Below are positions 31,437-42,472 of a stretch of 64,000 nt of DNA, piece by piece. Each line of letters starts with the position of its first letter. The stretch's first letter is position 1. Below the pieces are notes generated by a model. The model saw nothing but the letters and a program-made list of their open reading frames with translations, was not told the origin of the DNA and made no database searches. Source of the DNA: Diplonema japonicum (Eukaryota > Protista > Euglenozoa: Diplonemea). Position numbers and translations under genes: made by a program. The stretch lies in assembly GCA_964019335.1 (NCBI GenBank), contig OZ025686.1:62001-126000 (forward strand). The letters run 5' to 3'.

Positions 31437-31981
31437 TCATCCCCCAAGCTTCTCTTCCACGAGCTGACGTAGGCTTTTCAGTTCGGATTCCCATTCCCGA
31501 CGATCGCCCTCGTGCGTGGCCTGTGTGGTGTTTTAGTTGAAAGATCACATTCCAAAAAACCATTCCCAATCCACACCTTCATATCTTTCATGAGAGAGCT
31601 AAGCCGGGAAATCTCCGCAACAAGATCTTTGTTTTGCTGAGACAGCTTTGTCAGCGAGCCTGTTAGATTTTCTACAAGAGCGGTGTAGCCGATACTGTCT
31701 TGGGATTGCTCTCCGGGTGAGCGCAGGGCAGAGTAAAGTCGCCTTGCGCACGGTGGCGGTAGGCCAAACCCAGTTAGTTCACCTACACTGAAGTGCTTAA
31801 TGTCATCTATACATTTAAGATTCTGATCACGAAGCACTTCTATTTCATGTTCACTGAGGTCAAAATCATCATTTAACATTCTATCAAAGTTCAGAGAAGT
31901 GTCAGCGTCCTCTTCGCTCATGATGGCACTGCCGTTTGGAAGGTCGTTTATGTTGACCACCTCGTTCGTGTTTGTATTCAT
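31437..31981 (-). CDS. SAM-domain + coiled-coil protein; intron 31521-31576
   Basis: LSEHEIEVLRDQNL..IDDI..ELTGFGLPPPCARRL (SAM). A GTGTG..ACACAG intron continues the coiled coil: K|ATHEGDRREWESELKSLRQLVEEKLGG*. Confidence 0.8.
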
Positions 31982-32961
31982 CCCCCCACCCACCCACCCC
32001 TGTTCAAAAAGATTATTTATATACTCAAAGTGGTAAAAAAAATAAAATAAAATTCAAGGTGTTTCTTTTTTTTTTAACAGGGGAGGGGGCTAGGGTATAT
32101 TTTCCTTTTTTTTCCCTTCTTTCCCCCCTCTTTTTTTTGGGGGGGTGCGTCATCACAAAGTTTGCACACAGCAAAGTAAAAAAAAAAAAAAAATGAAAAA
32201 AAAAAGTTTCTTTTTTGTTTTCTCTCTTTTTTTTTAAAAATATTTTTTTGTTCTCCTCCCAAGAAGGGAGGAATAGGTGGGAAAAAAAAACGAAAGAAAA
32301 CTATTACAGAAACACGGAAAGGAAAAAATTCATGTTTCTTTTAGAAAATAGCTAAAAAGATTGGATTTTTAAATTCTGATTTTCTCGCATTTCTTTTTTT
32401 TTTTTTTCCAGTGAGCACCCCCATGCACACTGAAATTTTATCGAGTTTTTTTTTTTTTCGAAGATGAAAGTGAAGCGCCATTTGTAAGCGTCAGCGCTTA
32501 GTCTTTCTTTTTTTTAAAAAAGGGAAATCCCTATTTCCTTTCCTTGTGTGGGTTGGAGAGATGGGTTAAAAATGACAACACAGAAACTTGGCATCCTTTG
32601 TTTTCTCCTCTCCTTTCAATGCTTTTCTTCTCTCTCTTTTTTTTTTTTTTTTTTGTTTCTTAGCTCTATTTAATTAAAAAGCAACCTTTTTTTCATGAGG
32701 TTCTAATTCTAATGATTTCTAGTCAAATCATTTCCCTTCTTTTGTTCCCTCCATCAAGAACTTCTTTTTAAAAAAGGGACAGGAGGGAGGGCGGGGGGGG
32801 CTCTTTTCTTTATACAATCTGGGGGGGGGGAAGGGTAAAGGGATAATAACAGGGAAAAAAAAGTGATGAATGAGTCTGGGGAAACTGGGACAAAAATGAA
32901 AAAAAAAAAATGAAAAAATGATCGACAAAACTTTTTCACATCACCACTACTACAAGGCCAC

Positions 32962-35036
32962 CTAGCAAGCCATTCTGGGGCCCGTGGCCATTGGGACATC
33001 CCACTCATGTGTTGGCAAGACTGGGGGCTCACTGTAATTGTATAAAAAACTTAATTCCCTTACATACCCCTTTTCCTGCTTGCTGCGCATGATTTCACCC
33101 TCCTTCTCGGCCTCCCACCTTGCAAGTATCTCGTTGTTGTACCTGTTGACATCGAAGAAGCTAGAGTACTTAGCCCAAGTACGGGGCGTAGGGAAGACTC
33201 TTTTGAACCCGCCTGCCCGGTGCTGCTCGGACTCAGCTTCAATGATGAGCCTTCTGTCGTTGTCGGTGAGCCCATCGAAGAATGCCTTTGCGTCTGCTCG
33301 TCTTGCAGAAGCAGTCGGGATCTTCCCGTTGATGTACGTGCATGAGCGGGAGGCTTCTTTTTGAGTGGGGTGGAAGGCACGCTGTGCCTCCGCCTTGGCT
33401 ACCTCTTCCCTGTCATAGGGAGCAACCCCGACCAGAGTCACAAGGTGGGACAGCAACCTATTCTTCACAGCTTTGTCCATGGGGTTCCCTGTTGCAAGCG
33501 ACGGCATGATGTTCACCTCTAGTACGTACACCTTTAGCGATGAGTCCTGGTTTTTTTTTGTAGTTTTTGTTTTCTCTTTATAGTCACACATACCATCATG
33601 AGGTCGAACCCGAACAGCTCGAAGCAGCCATGCCCGTTGGGGTAACTGCACACCTTTGCTGCTGCGTTCGCCACATCGGTCTCGATCGTGATGAAGGTCT
33701 TCACGACCACGTCCTGGATCTGCTCCGCCACCTTCTTCCACTTCTTACCCCCGTCGGGTCCTTGTTCGTGGAAGTGTGTCTTGAGGTCGCTGAGCATCCA
33801 CTTTATGTCCCTTGGTCCTTCGTGCTCTTCGCCCATCTCTTCCGCTGCTGCGTTCTCCTCCGTCTTCAGCGTCGCCGTCTTGCTGATTGAATAGTTTGTG
33901 AGATGCGCGTACGAGTTCGCCAGCCCCTCCCCAGGTCCGGGGTACTTCTCCGCCGCGAACCTGCACAGCCCTTCATCGAAGATAAAGATTTTGAGAGGGT
34001 CGAAGCTCGTGACACACACATAGATCCTGAGGTCGAACTTGCGATCCTGTACCAGCATCGGGTCCGGGATGTACCGCTGCACAACAGACCCCCTCGGCCG
34101 CAGCGTTTGGGGCATCCTGGTAATCAACTTGATGCCCTTCCCGCACGAAGAGGCACACGGTTTCAAGATGTACGTCATTCCAGGGTTCGCGTTCATGTCC
34201 GCCTGCAGGGTTTTGGTGTCCTGCGGCAGCACCCATGTGGACGGCGTGAATGCGAAGTGTTCACCAAACGCCTTCCTGAACCTGGAGACGTTCTTGTGGA
34301 GGTAGTCTTTTCTTCCTATGCCCCACGTCCCTGGGAAGTGGTTCACACGCTGGTAATAAGAGATGCTGCCCCATTCTGCAGCAGTGACCCTTTTCGTCCA
34401 GAGAAGGTTCCAGTTCTCGCCAGCAGTGTGTCTCATGCCGGCGTTGTTGAATGTGTTCAAAACGACCTTGAAAGCAACGGCCCCAGGGCCTACCTTGTAC
34501 AGGACGGCCTTGCGGGCGTTGTGTTCCTGCACACGGAGCTCTGCCGTCGGGGGGACGAAGGTGGGGTGGATACGGGCATTGATTTCCTCGGCTGTCTCAC
34601 CCACCTCCTTCGCACGTGCGGGTTGATAGTAAACCGTTGTCAGGACCGTGCCATACCCAGTCTGGGAAAAGTACGGGCCCCTGATGAGTAGAGACAGGTA
34701 GTGTCGTTTTTCGGACACCAAGGCCGCCTCAGCATCTACGCACATCATATCGTGCCCGCCTGCCAAGGGAGGCAGCCCCCTCGTGTGCTGCTTCTGCATT
34801 GTGGTCAGTTTCGGGTCTCTTTTCTTCGCGCTGCTCAACCCAAGCCTCGATTTCTTCATCCCCGGGATTCTCTTAGTAGGGTCCTTCGGGTCAGGGACAA
34901 ACCTCCCCACTGCTGGGTACGTGGCAGGATCGATCACCAGCACACCCCCAGGAGGCACGTCATCGGTGTCCTCCAAGCTGTCAATGTAGCCGGGGAACTG
35001 CGCGTTCTTGAAGGCACACAACCATGACGCGAACAT
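32962..35036 (-). CDS. Tubulin-tyrosine ligase-like polyglutamylase (TTLL4/5-like); intron 33547-33593, probable in-frame intron 33032-33067
   Basis: QRVNHFPG..GRKD.L, ILKP..SSCGKGI, VQRYI..P..RKFDLRIYV, GLCRFA, HLTNYS, FELFGFDLMM|D..LEVN.MPS. Confidence 0.93.
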
Positions 35037-35107
35037 ATTACTCACTCTTGGTAGGGTGTGATTAAAACAACAAAACCATAAAAGACAAGAGAAAAATACA
35101 AAACTAT

Positions 35108-37105
35108 TTATGTATCTGAACAGCCAGTCAATTCGGAAGAAAGACTCGATGAATTGCTCGATGTTATCTGTAACGCAATATTAGGTGAATCTGGCATCAG
35201 AAGGGACGGTGCTTCTTCAAGGGAAACAAGGAGAGGAGGGGGTAGAGTAGGAATGGTCGGTGGCGGAAGGAGAGGTGGTGGTAGGAGTGGTGGTCGAAGC
35301 AAAGAACCACAGCTGTTTTGGCTATGGTTCTGTAGCTGCTGCTTTGTTTCCAAGTAGCGGAGGCGGGTGAGGAGGTGCTTGGCTTCTTCGACGAGGGAGA
35401 TGATGTCGGTTTGGTTCGTGCTGCACGAGCAATGTGATACAGTTCGTATCATGGACATTGCTGGCGAATGAAGTGGAGTGGGGGGTCGCCGAGTCATGTA
35501 TGTACGAGAGAGGTTCACGGACTTATACTTTTGCGACAGTTCTTGCCGCAGCAGATTCCGAGGCAACACAGTGGCGGACCTTTTCATCTCAGGCTTATCT
35601 ACTATTAGAGACGGTAGCGTTTCAGCCTGTTCAGAGGAAGCAGCACTCTGGTCACGCAAAGAAAAGTCCTCCGTCTGCATCTCCCAAACTGTGTCATCTC
35701 CTAACTCTGAAAAGTCGTTGGCTATGTACATCGAACCTATCTTCTCATGTACAACCTGCACAAGATCCGCTTTGAACTTTGGGTGTTCGAAGCAAACCGA
35801 TACAAAATCGCTTGCGGTGAGCACCAAACACTCGCTGTAACTCAGGGAAGTCACAGTGGCCGTCCGCTTGCATTTCAGCAACAACGCAGCTTCACCAAAG
35901 GAATCGCCTGCCTTTAAAGTGGCGAAATATTGCCCGGTCTGCGAGCACACTGAAGCGTATCCTTGGCACAGGAAGTACATCTCTTCTCCAATAGTGCCGC
36001 ACTGCACGATAACTTGCTTGGGGGAGTAGTTGCTGATGACGAGACACAAAGCCAAGTCACGGAGGAACTCATCGCTCGACTTGGAGAACAACTCCACGTC
36101 ACGTATGAGCCTCATCTTGATGTGCATCTCGAGGACGCGCCGCATAGTCTTCGGCAAGCCTTCGAAGGATTGCATGTTGTCGATTTTGAATTTCAGCACG
36201 TAGTGCTGGAAAGAGAGGACTTCTTCTTGCAGCTCGTACGGGATTGCATAGTGTTGCAGAACAGCAAGAGTCTCCATCAGAGAGTCATTCTGAACCCGTT
36301 GTATAGAAGACGAGGAACCCATCAGCTCGGAGAGGTACGAGATCACAAACGAATTGAGAAGGAGCGACGTCACGCTCAGCCCAGCTGCACACCACAGCTC
36401 CCCCGGGCTGTCGCGCAGCTCTTCAACATCACCGTAGCCCACACCTGTGATGGAGTACAGCACATAATAGAGCGCCTGGAGGTACGCATCGTGAGGGTTG
36501 CTGGGGTAGTCATCCTCTGAGATAATGAGGGATAACACGATCAACAACTGCAGTTGCACACAGACACCGAAGGCTAATTTTACTAAGGGCAGCACGTTGT
36601 GATGCAGAACGAGGGACTCGGGTTTTGTAATGGCGCTTTCTTCCTTGAAGAAAGTGACCAGCTTCACTGCCTTAAAGAGCTTTAAATTGTAGAGATAGGT
36701 GTGGGTGGTTCGATTGGGGAAGTCTGCTGCGATTATGTCACACGGCATGGCAGCTAGCACGTCGAAGACGAGCCACCGCTTTGCGTAGTACAGTACATTG
36801 TCTTTGAGCTTGAACTGTGGCTCGTACCGTATCACGCTGTTCACGATGATATCAACGATGAAGATGATTGCGCACGCAGTGTCGATCGGGAGCTGCCAGG
36901 AATCCCATGAGGAGAGAACATTGTTAACGCTGACCGAAACGAGATAATAAAACATCACCCCCAGGATAAGCATCTGCCATCGAAGGATCCCACTGTCCTC
37001 CCAGCCCTTCCCTTCCCCGGTGAGCCGATCGTAGAAACTTGTCCCGTCAACAGCCTTGAGCATTCGCACCAACGATTGCCTCTTTGAGAGGACTCCGACC
37101 AGCAT
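35108..37105 (-). CDS. Cyclic-nucleotide-binding domain K+ channel (EAG/CNG/Shaker-like)
   Basis: TM segments, pore ITGVGYGD, C-linker, CNBD GEEMYF..G..GDSFGEAALL...RTATV. Confidence 0.92.
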   Translation of the reverse strand: MLVGVLSKRQSLVRMLKAVDGTSFYDRLTGEGKGWEDSGILRWQMLILGVMFYYLVSVSVNNVLSSWDSWQLPIDTACAIIFIVDIIVNSVIRYEPQFKLKDNVLYYAKRWLVFDVLAAMPCDIIAADFPNRTTHTYLYNLKLFKAVKLVTFFKEESAITKPESLVLHHNVLPLVKLAFGVCVQLQLLIVLSLIISEDDYPSNPHDAYLQALYYVLYSITGVGYGDVEELRDSPGELWCAAGLSVTSLLLNSFVISYLSELMGSSSSIQRVQNDSLMETLAVLQHYAIPYELQEEVLSFQHYVLKFKIDNMQSFEGLPKTMRRVLEMHIKMRLIRDVELFSKSSDEFLRDLALCLVISNYSPKQVIVQCGTIGEEMYFLCQGYASVCSQTGQYFATLKAGDSFGEAALLLKCKRTATVTSLSYSECLVLTASDFVSVCFEHPKFKADLVQVVHEKIGSMYIANDFSELGDDTVWEMQTEDFSLRDQSAASSEQAETLPSLIVDKPEMKRSATVLPRNLLRQELSQKYKSVNLSRTYMTRRPPTPLHSPAMSMIRTVSHCSCSTNQTDIISLVEEAKHLLTRLRYLETKQQLQNHSQNSCGSLLRPPLLPPPLLPPPTIPTLPPPLLVSLEEAPSLLMPDSPNIALQITSSNSSSLSSELTGCSDT

Positions 37106-37204
37106 TTTTTACTACTTTTAAACATCCTGAAAAAGAAATGTGGGGTGAAGAAAGAGAGGGAGAAGAACAACGAAATAATTTCTTTTTTTTAAAGCGCGGA
37201 AATC

Positions 37205-37588
37205 TTACGCTTCATCGCCCTCTAAGCTATGACCCACCTCCCATTGTTGACAAGTCACGTGGTCGGCCACCAGCTGCATGAAGCTGTCGTACTCCGTCAT
37301 CGCCAAGATGTACTCCACGCAGACAAGGCTCCTGTCTGTATCGTTCATGCACATCTTCACCACTATTTCCTCCTCGATTCCTTCTTTCGCAAGGAACTCT
37401 GTCAACTCCCTCTCCACGAGCTCCTGGTAACTCTTGAACACGATCGTGTTCTCTATGGGCTGTTCCTCCTCCAACGGCACGAGCGCAACCTTCTCCCCCT
37501 CCCCCGACATGAACTCACCTATCTTCTGTGTAAGGTTCGCCAAGAAGTATTCCTCCATCTTCACCATCAGCTCCTCTGTTGAGGTCAT
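37205..37588 (-). CDS. BART-domain protein (ARL2BP/CFAP36-like)
   Basis: EEQPIENTIVFKSYQELVERELTEFL...ILAMTEYDSFMQL matches the ARL2-binding BART pattern. Confidence 0.82.
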   Translation of the reverse strand: MTSTEELMVKMEEYFLANLTQKIGEFMSGEGEKVALVPLEEEQPIENTIVFKSYQELVERELTEFLAKEGIEEEIVVKMCMNDTDRSLVCVEYILAMTEYDSFMQLVADHVTCQQWEVGHSLEGDEA

Positions 37589-37675
37589 CGTACCCCTGCC
37601 TCCTGATTCTTTTAGTTTGTAAGAAGTTTGCGTTAAAATACCATAATTGATCTTTTACCCCCCCCCCCTAAATTA

Positions 37676-40600
37676 TCACTTCTCGAAGACCTGATAAGCC
37701 GGCAGCCCCAGACCCTTCAGAGCAGCCAACCTTCTGACGGCTTCCATGCTGTCGACGGGCATGAGAGATGAGGCGAGATACCCAGACAGGCTGCTAGGTG
37801 TCGCAGCAGCGATTGCCGTTGGTGAAGGGGCGTACAGTGCAACGTGGTAGAGAGCACGTGGTGGGAGATGTGCAAGGAGCTCGTCTGACATGAACGAGAT
37901 GGTGCTGTCCTCTTCGAAAACGTAAGCTGACAACTTGTGCACCGCTATGACGTGCAGCAGGTTCGCGGGGTTCAGGTCCCGAACAGAGATCATCAACGCC
38001 GCCTCCTTAGCCTCTTCAGCCTCCATCTCCTCTTTTCCAATGTACTCACCCAGCCCCAACCACAACCTATCGAGGGTTGCATCCACACCAAAGCACGTCC
38101 CCGCAGCATGGCACAGCAACGCTGACCCCATGCTTTCCATGATTGCTGTTCTGAAGTCCTTCGGGAACGCTTGGCCTAAAAACAGTAAGCACACCGCATT
38201 GTAGACCCCATCGGAGCCACCGCCGCTCTCATACTCCTGGAGGAATCGTTTCAGCGGCTGGATGGGGCTCTCCCCCATGCGCGTGCTCCAACTGTCGTCG
38301 ATGACAGTTCGTTTCTCCACGATCTCCGCGAGGTACGGCAGCAGCGACATGTAGGAACCCTCTTGGTTGAAAATTCCCGTCGAGCGCAACACGGCTTCCC
38401 TCCAATCCAGCTTTGTAAGGTATGTTGCGGGGTCTTTCACGATGTTGCTCAACCAGGAACCCCACTCTAGCAACACGGCGCTTGAGGTGCCGTACTTAGT
38501 CTTCACAGTGAGCATCCTGCCCTCGGCCTCGTCCTCAGGGACATCGACCACCGCCACGAAGGGCCATTCTAGTTGCGGCTCTAGCCTGCCTGGACGGTAC
38601 CTCATGAACAGCGGTTCGGTTTGCAGCAGCCTTTCGGTGTAGCTCCCCGTGAAGTAATGTTGCAGTGCGGGGTACTCCTTCATTGTGACGCTTAGCAATT
38701 CAGTAAACAGCTTACCGTCCGCAGGCTGCAGGAAGAGAGAAAGGTTCAGAGAAACACCCGCCATCTTGTTGTGCTGTGCCACAGCAGCAGCCAGGGACAC
38801 CACGGGACGGAGGATGGCTGCGTTGATTCGAGAGTCCCTCTTCGGGAGCAAGGAATGCTTCACTGCCGCTTCACCAAGGCCTACCACCACCTCGTCTGGT
38901 ATCAGGAGATCCTTTATAACCCTCTCCAGTCCCTTCTCTGCAACCTTCCTGACCACGACATCTAATCCGGTCATGGCCTGCAGGAACCTGACAACCTGGT
39001 TGGCCCACGATACCTTCAGTAGCTCAGTCTTGAGTTCCACAGTGAGCGGTTCCCAACGGACGCAGTTGGGTGTGGACTGAGGAGAGGACTTGAAAGCTCG
39101 TAGCAAGAGAGCATACGAGCAGCTGGAGACAGAAAAGGTTGGGAGCAGTGACTCAATCACAGAGACGAGGTGCTCGAGATTGGTTACAGTACCGGGAAGG
39201 GAATGCGTGGCATGCACAATCAGACGCATGCATGCAGCGGAGAAGGTGTAATAGTTGTCTGCTGTGAGGGGCATAGTGGCGAGGATAGGCGGGATGTCTC
39301 GCAATGCGAAGTCAATGAGCCCCACCTGCTGCTTGCCCTCGAGCGTCTCCTCCAGATTATAGGTAACGGCCTGCGCATCAAACACCAATACAGCTTCCGT
39401 GAACTTACAACGTGCCAAAACGGCCAAAGATCCGAACATCCCGGGAACCATGTGCTTGGAGCACAAGCCAGCTAGCACTGCGTTCCTCAGGAACATTAGA
39501 GCGGCCTTGACATGGCTCTCAGCCCTGCCTTCAACCTTACCCTTCATCTCCACCGTGGCAGCTATTACACTTGTAGCTTTTGAGATAGCGCCGTTCTCTT
39601 TAACGATAACTGCCACCTCAGCTGAGGACTTCAAGAAGTTGGTCAACACCAGCAGCGCCACTTCTGAGAGATGAATAATGCTTTCGTCGTTCACTGCTGG
39701 GGAGATGATATTTATCAGAGTTTCAATAAGCTTAGGAGCTGCGGCGAGTGCCTCTGCAGCTGACCTCGAGAGTGACAGGTGGTGGAATATGTTTAGAATG
39801 GCAAGGGGGACCCATGGTGTTGCTTCGCTGGGGTGTGTGAGCAGATACCTCAGCCGCGTGGAATACTGTGTCTTGGCTACTGTGTCCAGCATCTCGCACT
39901 GCGCGACAGAAGCAAGCTCGTGGAGGCTCTCAATAGGTTCCCAGAGCTGCGCCTTGGGGACAGAAGCGATGGGGTCTGTTGGCTGCGATAGCTTGCACAC
40001 CCCCAAACCGAAGACAGTCCTCTCGTCGTACCACGAGGACAGGGATGTGTAGCGTCCGGTGTCAGAGATGGTCTGCAACAAGGCATGCCAGGAAGCTTCG
40101 TCTTTACGCTCTGTGACCTTCTCGAGGATGCGGATAACATCTGCCTGCTGGGAGAGGCTGTCCGCGTCGAGTGCAAGGCGGAGAGCGAGGATGAACTGCG
40201 CGGCGACTGTTGGGTCAGAGGTGGCGACTTCGTATCCGACATGCGGTACCGCGAGTAGCTTACTAAGGCAAGCATTCCGCTGGCTGCTGTTCCTGCTTCG
40301 TAGCATCACCGCAGAGGCCGCCACCACTGAGTTCTCCTCAAGCATGCCATCTTGCAACACCTTGTCCGGGAGAGGGTCCGTAGTCATCTGCCCCTTGTCC
40401 CACACCTCATCTGTTGTCATTGGCGCCGGTGTTCTGGCAGTCCCTTTCTTAGCGTACCTCCTTTCTGTCCTGTGTTTCGCAGTAGGAAAGCCACCTGCAT
40501 GCTGCGGCATCACCATCGGAGGTGGGCCAGTTGGAGTCCGAAGCTTGATGTCCTGAAGAACAGGAGGCTGCAATATCGACGGAGCCTTGGGCTTCTCCAT
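37676..40600 (-). CDS. RPAP1: RNA polymerase II-associated protein 1-like
   Basis: GFPTAKHR, LRS..SQR..L, LRLALD, RLRYLL, A..APKLIETLI in the order expected for RPAP1/Rba50; ARM-like helical body. Confidence 0.72.
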   Translation of the reverse strand: MEKPKAPSILQPPVLQDIKLRTPTGPPPMVMPQHAGGFPTAKHRTERRYAKKGTARTPAPMTTDEVWDKGQMTTDPLPDKVLQDGMLEENSVVAASAVMLRSRNSSQRNACLSKLLAVPHVGYEVATSDPTVAAQFILALRLALDADSLSQQADVIRILEKVTERKDEASWHALLQTISDTGRYTSLSSWYDERTVFGLGVCKLSQPTDPIASVPKAQLWEPIESLHELASVAQCEMLDTVAKTQYSTRLRYLLTHPSEATPWVPLAILNIFHHLSLSRSAAEALAAAPKLIETLINIISPAVNDESIIHLSEVALLVLTNFLKSSAEVAVIVKENGAISKATSVIAATVEMKGKVEGRAESHVKAALMFLRNAVLAGLCSKHMVPGMFGSLAVLARCKFTEAVLVFDAQAVTYNLEETLEGKQQVGLIDFALRDIPPILATMPLTADNYYTFSAACMRLIVHATHSLPGTVTNLEHLVSVIESLLPTFSVSSCSYALLLRAFKSSPQSTPNCVRWEPLTVELKTELLKVSWANQVVRFLQAMTGLDVVVRKVAEKGLERVIKDLLIPDEVVVGLGEAAVKHSLLPKRDSRINAAILRPVVSLAAAVAQHNKMAGVSLNLSLFLQPADGKLFTELLSVTMKEYPALQHYFTGSYTERLLQTEPLFMRYRPGRLEPQLEWPFVAVVDVPEDEAEGRMLTVKTKYGTSSAVLLEWGSWLSNIVKDPATYLTKLDWREAVLRSTGIFNQEGSYMSLLPYLAEIVEKRTVIDDSWSTRMGESPIQPLKRFLQEYESGGGSDGVYNAVCLLFLGQAFPKDFRTAIMESMGSALLCHAAGTCFGVDATLDRLWLGLGEYIGKEEMEAEEAKEAALMISVRDLNPANLLHVIAVHKLSAYVFEEDSTISFMSDELLAHLPPRALYHVALYAPSPTAIAAATPSSLSGYLASSLMPVDSMEAVRRLAALKGLGLPAYQVFEK

Positions 40601-40681
40601 GTTCACACCTGAAGGGGTATGGCAGTGTGAATGGGTTCGCACAAAAGGAATACTATAAAACTGATCGCTTTAACCAACAGA

Positions 40682-41007
40682 TCACTGGACCGGTCCTACT
40701 AATCTCTCCACTTTGTCATATTTTTCTTCCTTGATAAGGTTAGTAACTTCATCTCTCTTCTGCATTGTCGCAACGTATGTTTCATAGAATTTCTTCACGC
40801 ATCTGCTCATGCAAGTTTTTTCCCCTGGGAAAGTGGAGATCAAATGGGTTGTGTTGGGGACGGCATACCTAGCTCCATCGACGCCTCGTGTTTAAAGCTG
40901 GTCGCACACCTCCTGAAGCACACATCGTTGGCCGACTTCGAAGGGTTCGTGAGCCCCTCGCCTGCCACTATTGTTGCATATGTCGAACCCTCCTCGTACG
41001 CCGACAT
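40682..41007 (-). CDS. Small Tim (twin CX3C) mitochondrial IMS chaperone; intron 40825-40868
   Basis: CFRRC...L|GEKTCMSRCVKKF appears after removal of a 44-nt GTATG..CAG intron. Confidence 0.88.
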
Positions 41008-41127
41008 TTTCTTTTTCCCTGTTGCAATGTGAAATGATGGGAACAACACAGGAGGGGAATGAGTACTGAAGCAAAACCCGCAGCGCTCTTGCGTTGAAAA
41101 AGTCACAAAATTAAGCTCCAAACAGTT

Positions 41128-41487
41128 TCACATCCTGCTGTTCTCACCGTTCATCTCAACAAGCACGCACCCTTCATGCATGGCCAGTTGTTCTTTCTTA
41201 CAGGTCTCTCTTAAAGCATCACTGCATGCCCCAGGCTGGAACCACACGTTCTTGACACCAAGACTCACCGCGTCTGCCAGCACCGCCTCTCCCTTTACAG
41301 GATTGATCACGAAGTTCACCACGTCAACTGGCACCTTGATGTCCTTCAGCGACTCTCCGTTCTTCGGTGTGATTGCGTGCACTGTTTTCCCGTGCTGTTT
41401 TAGGTGTGCCACCAGCTGTCCTGCGACGGGGTTCACACCGTGGTTCCCCACCACTGCCCACGTCGTGCGCTTCATCATTCCAGCCAT
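41128..41487 (-). CDS. CoA-binding protein (YccU-like)
   Basis: WAVVG, SLKDI..PVDVV, GVKNVWFQPG, CVLV. Confidence 0.88.
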   Translation of the reverse strand: MAGMMKRTTWAVVGNHGVNPVAGQLVAHLKQHGKTVHAITPKNGESLKDIKVPVDVVNFVINPVKGEAVLADAVSLGVKNVWFQPGACSDALRETCKKEQLAMHEGCVLVEMNGENSRM

Positions 41488-41540
41488 ATCCCCAGTCCTT
41501 TGTGTGATGTACTGGGGAACAGCAAACAACTGAATATTAA

Positions 41541-42368
41541 TTAGCACAGAGGCTCTATGGGTTTGGCCTTGCGTACCTTTCTATTCATACGGGCTATCGA
41601 CTTGCGGTACTTCACAGTAGCAGGCCCCATGACGAGCATGTAGGTCTCACGCGAGATGGAGGTGTCGGCACGGATGGCGTGTGTCAGTCCTACGCGTGCC
41701 TCGGCCTTTAGCTCGAAGGCAAGAAGCATTTTGATGTAAGTTTCACATGCCGAAGAAGATATCCGTACACCGTCGTCTACGAACTTCTTGAAGACCTTCT
41801 GTGCCGTGCTGGGTAAAGGGATGCAGCAGCAGCAATGCAAAAGCGACGAAGCGGAGATGGGGCCAGCCTCGTGTTCCTCGCTCAGGTTTTCTATCTTCTT
41901 CATCACAGTCTTGCCCAGGGCAGCACGTTCTCCTTGGTTACGCTTCAGCCCCCATCCCGCAAGCTCTCTCCCGATATGCTCGATAATGCAGCCCAATGCC
42001 GCATCCGTGAGATACACGCCCTCCTCTGTCAGGTTCTCAAGGATCTTCAAAGGATGCCCGCCCTCTTGCAGCACTCGTAGCACATCTGTTTTACCCATTT
42101 CACCCTCCGGCACCACTTCTCCATGCTCCACCTTCGTTTTCTCAGTTGTCTCGTTCATTCTTGGCTCTTTTTTCTTCTTCAAGTACTTATCCCGTGCCCA
42201 CTTTTCATCCACTGCGGGTTCAAACTTCCCGTGCAGCTTCTTCGTCGTCTCGCTGACATACACCGCCTCGTCACGCACCGCGTCGGCTGATGGTGCCGTG
42301 GGTGCCGCTGCAGGCCATAGGCTGGGCTTAGCTCGTGTGATGGGGCGAAGCCTGCGGAGGTTGTGCAT
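41541..42368 (-). CDS. Hypothetical, probably mitochondrial, helical (PPR-like) protein
   Basis: Arg-rich presequence-like MHNLRRLRPITR; A..VF..FV..GV.IS...Y..MI pattern. Pyrimidine-rich CAG upstream. Confidence 0.65.
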   Translation of the reverse strand: MHNLRRLRPITRAKPSLWPAAAPTAPSADAVRDEAVYVSETTKKLHGKFEPAVDEKWARDKYLKKKKEPRMNETTEKTKVEHGEVVPEGEMGKTDVLRVLQEGGHPLKILENLTEEGVYLTDAALGCIIEHIGRELAGWGLKRNQGERAALGKTVMKKIENLSEEHEAGPISASSLLHCCCCIPLPSTAQKVFKKFVDDGVRISSSACETYIKMLLAFELKAEARVGLTHAIRADTSISRETYMLVMGPATVKYRKSIARMNRKVRKAKPIEPLC

Positions 42369-42472
42369 TGGCACCCTCTGAAGGAGATAAAGAAGTGAAA
42401 CAAATACTACACACAACAGTGTAAAGAGAAACTACTGCTACAAGAAGGGAAACATAACAGACACTCTATTTT

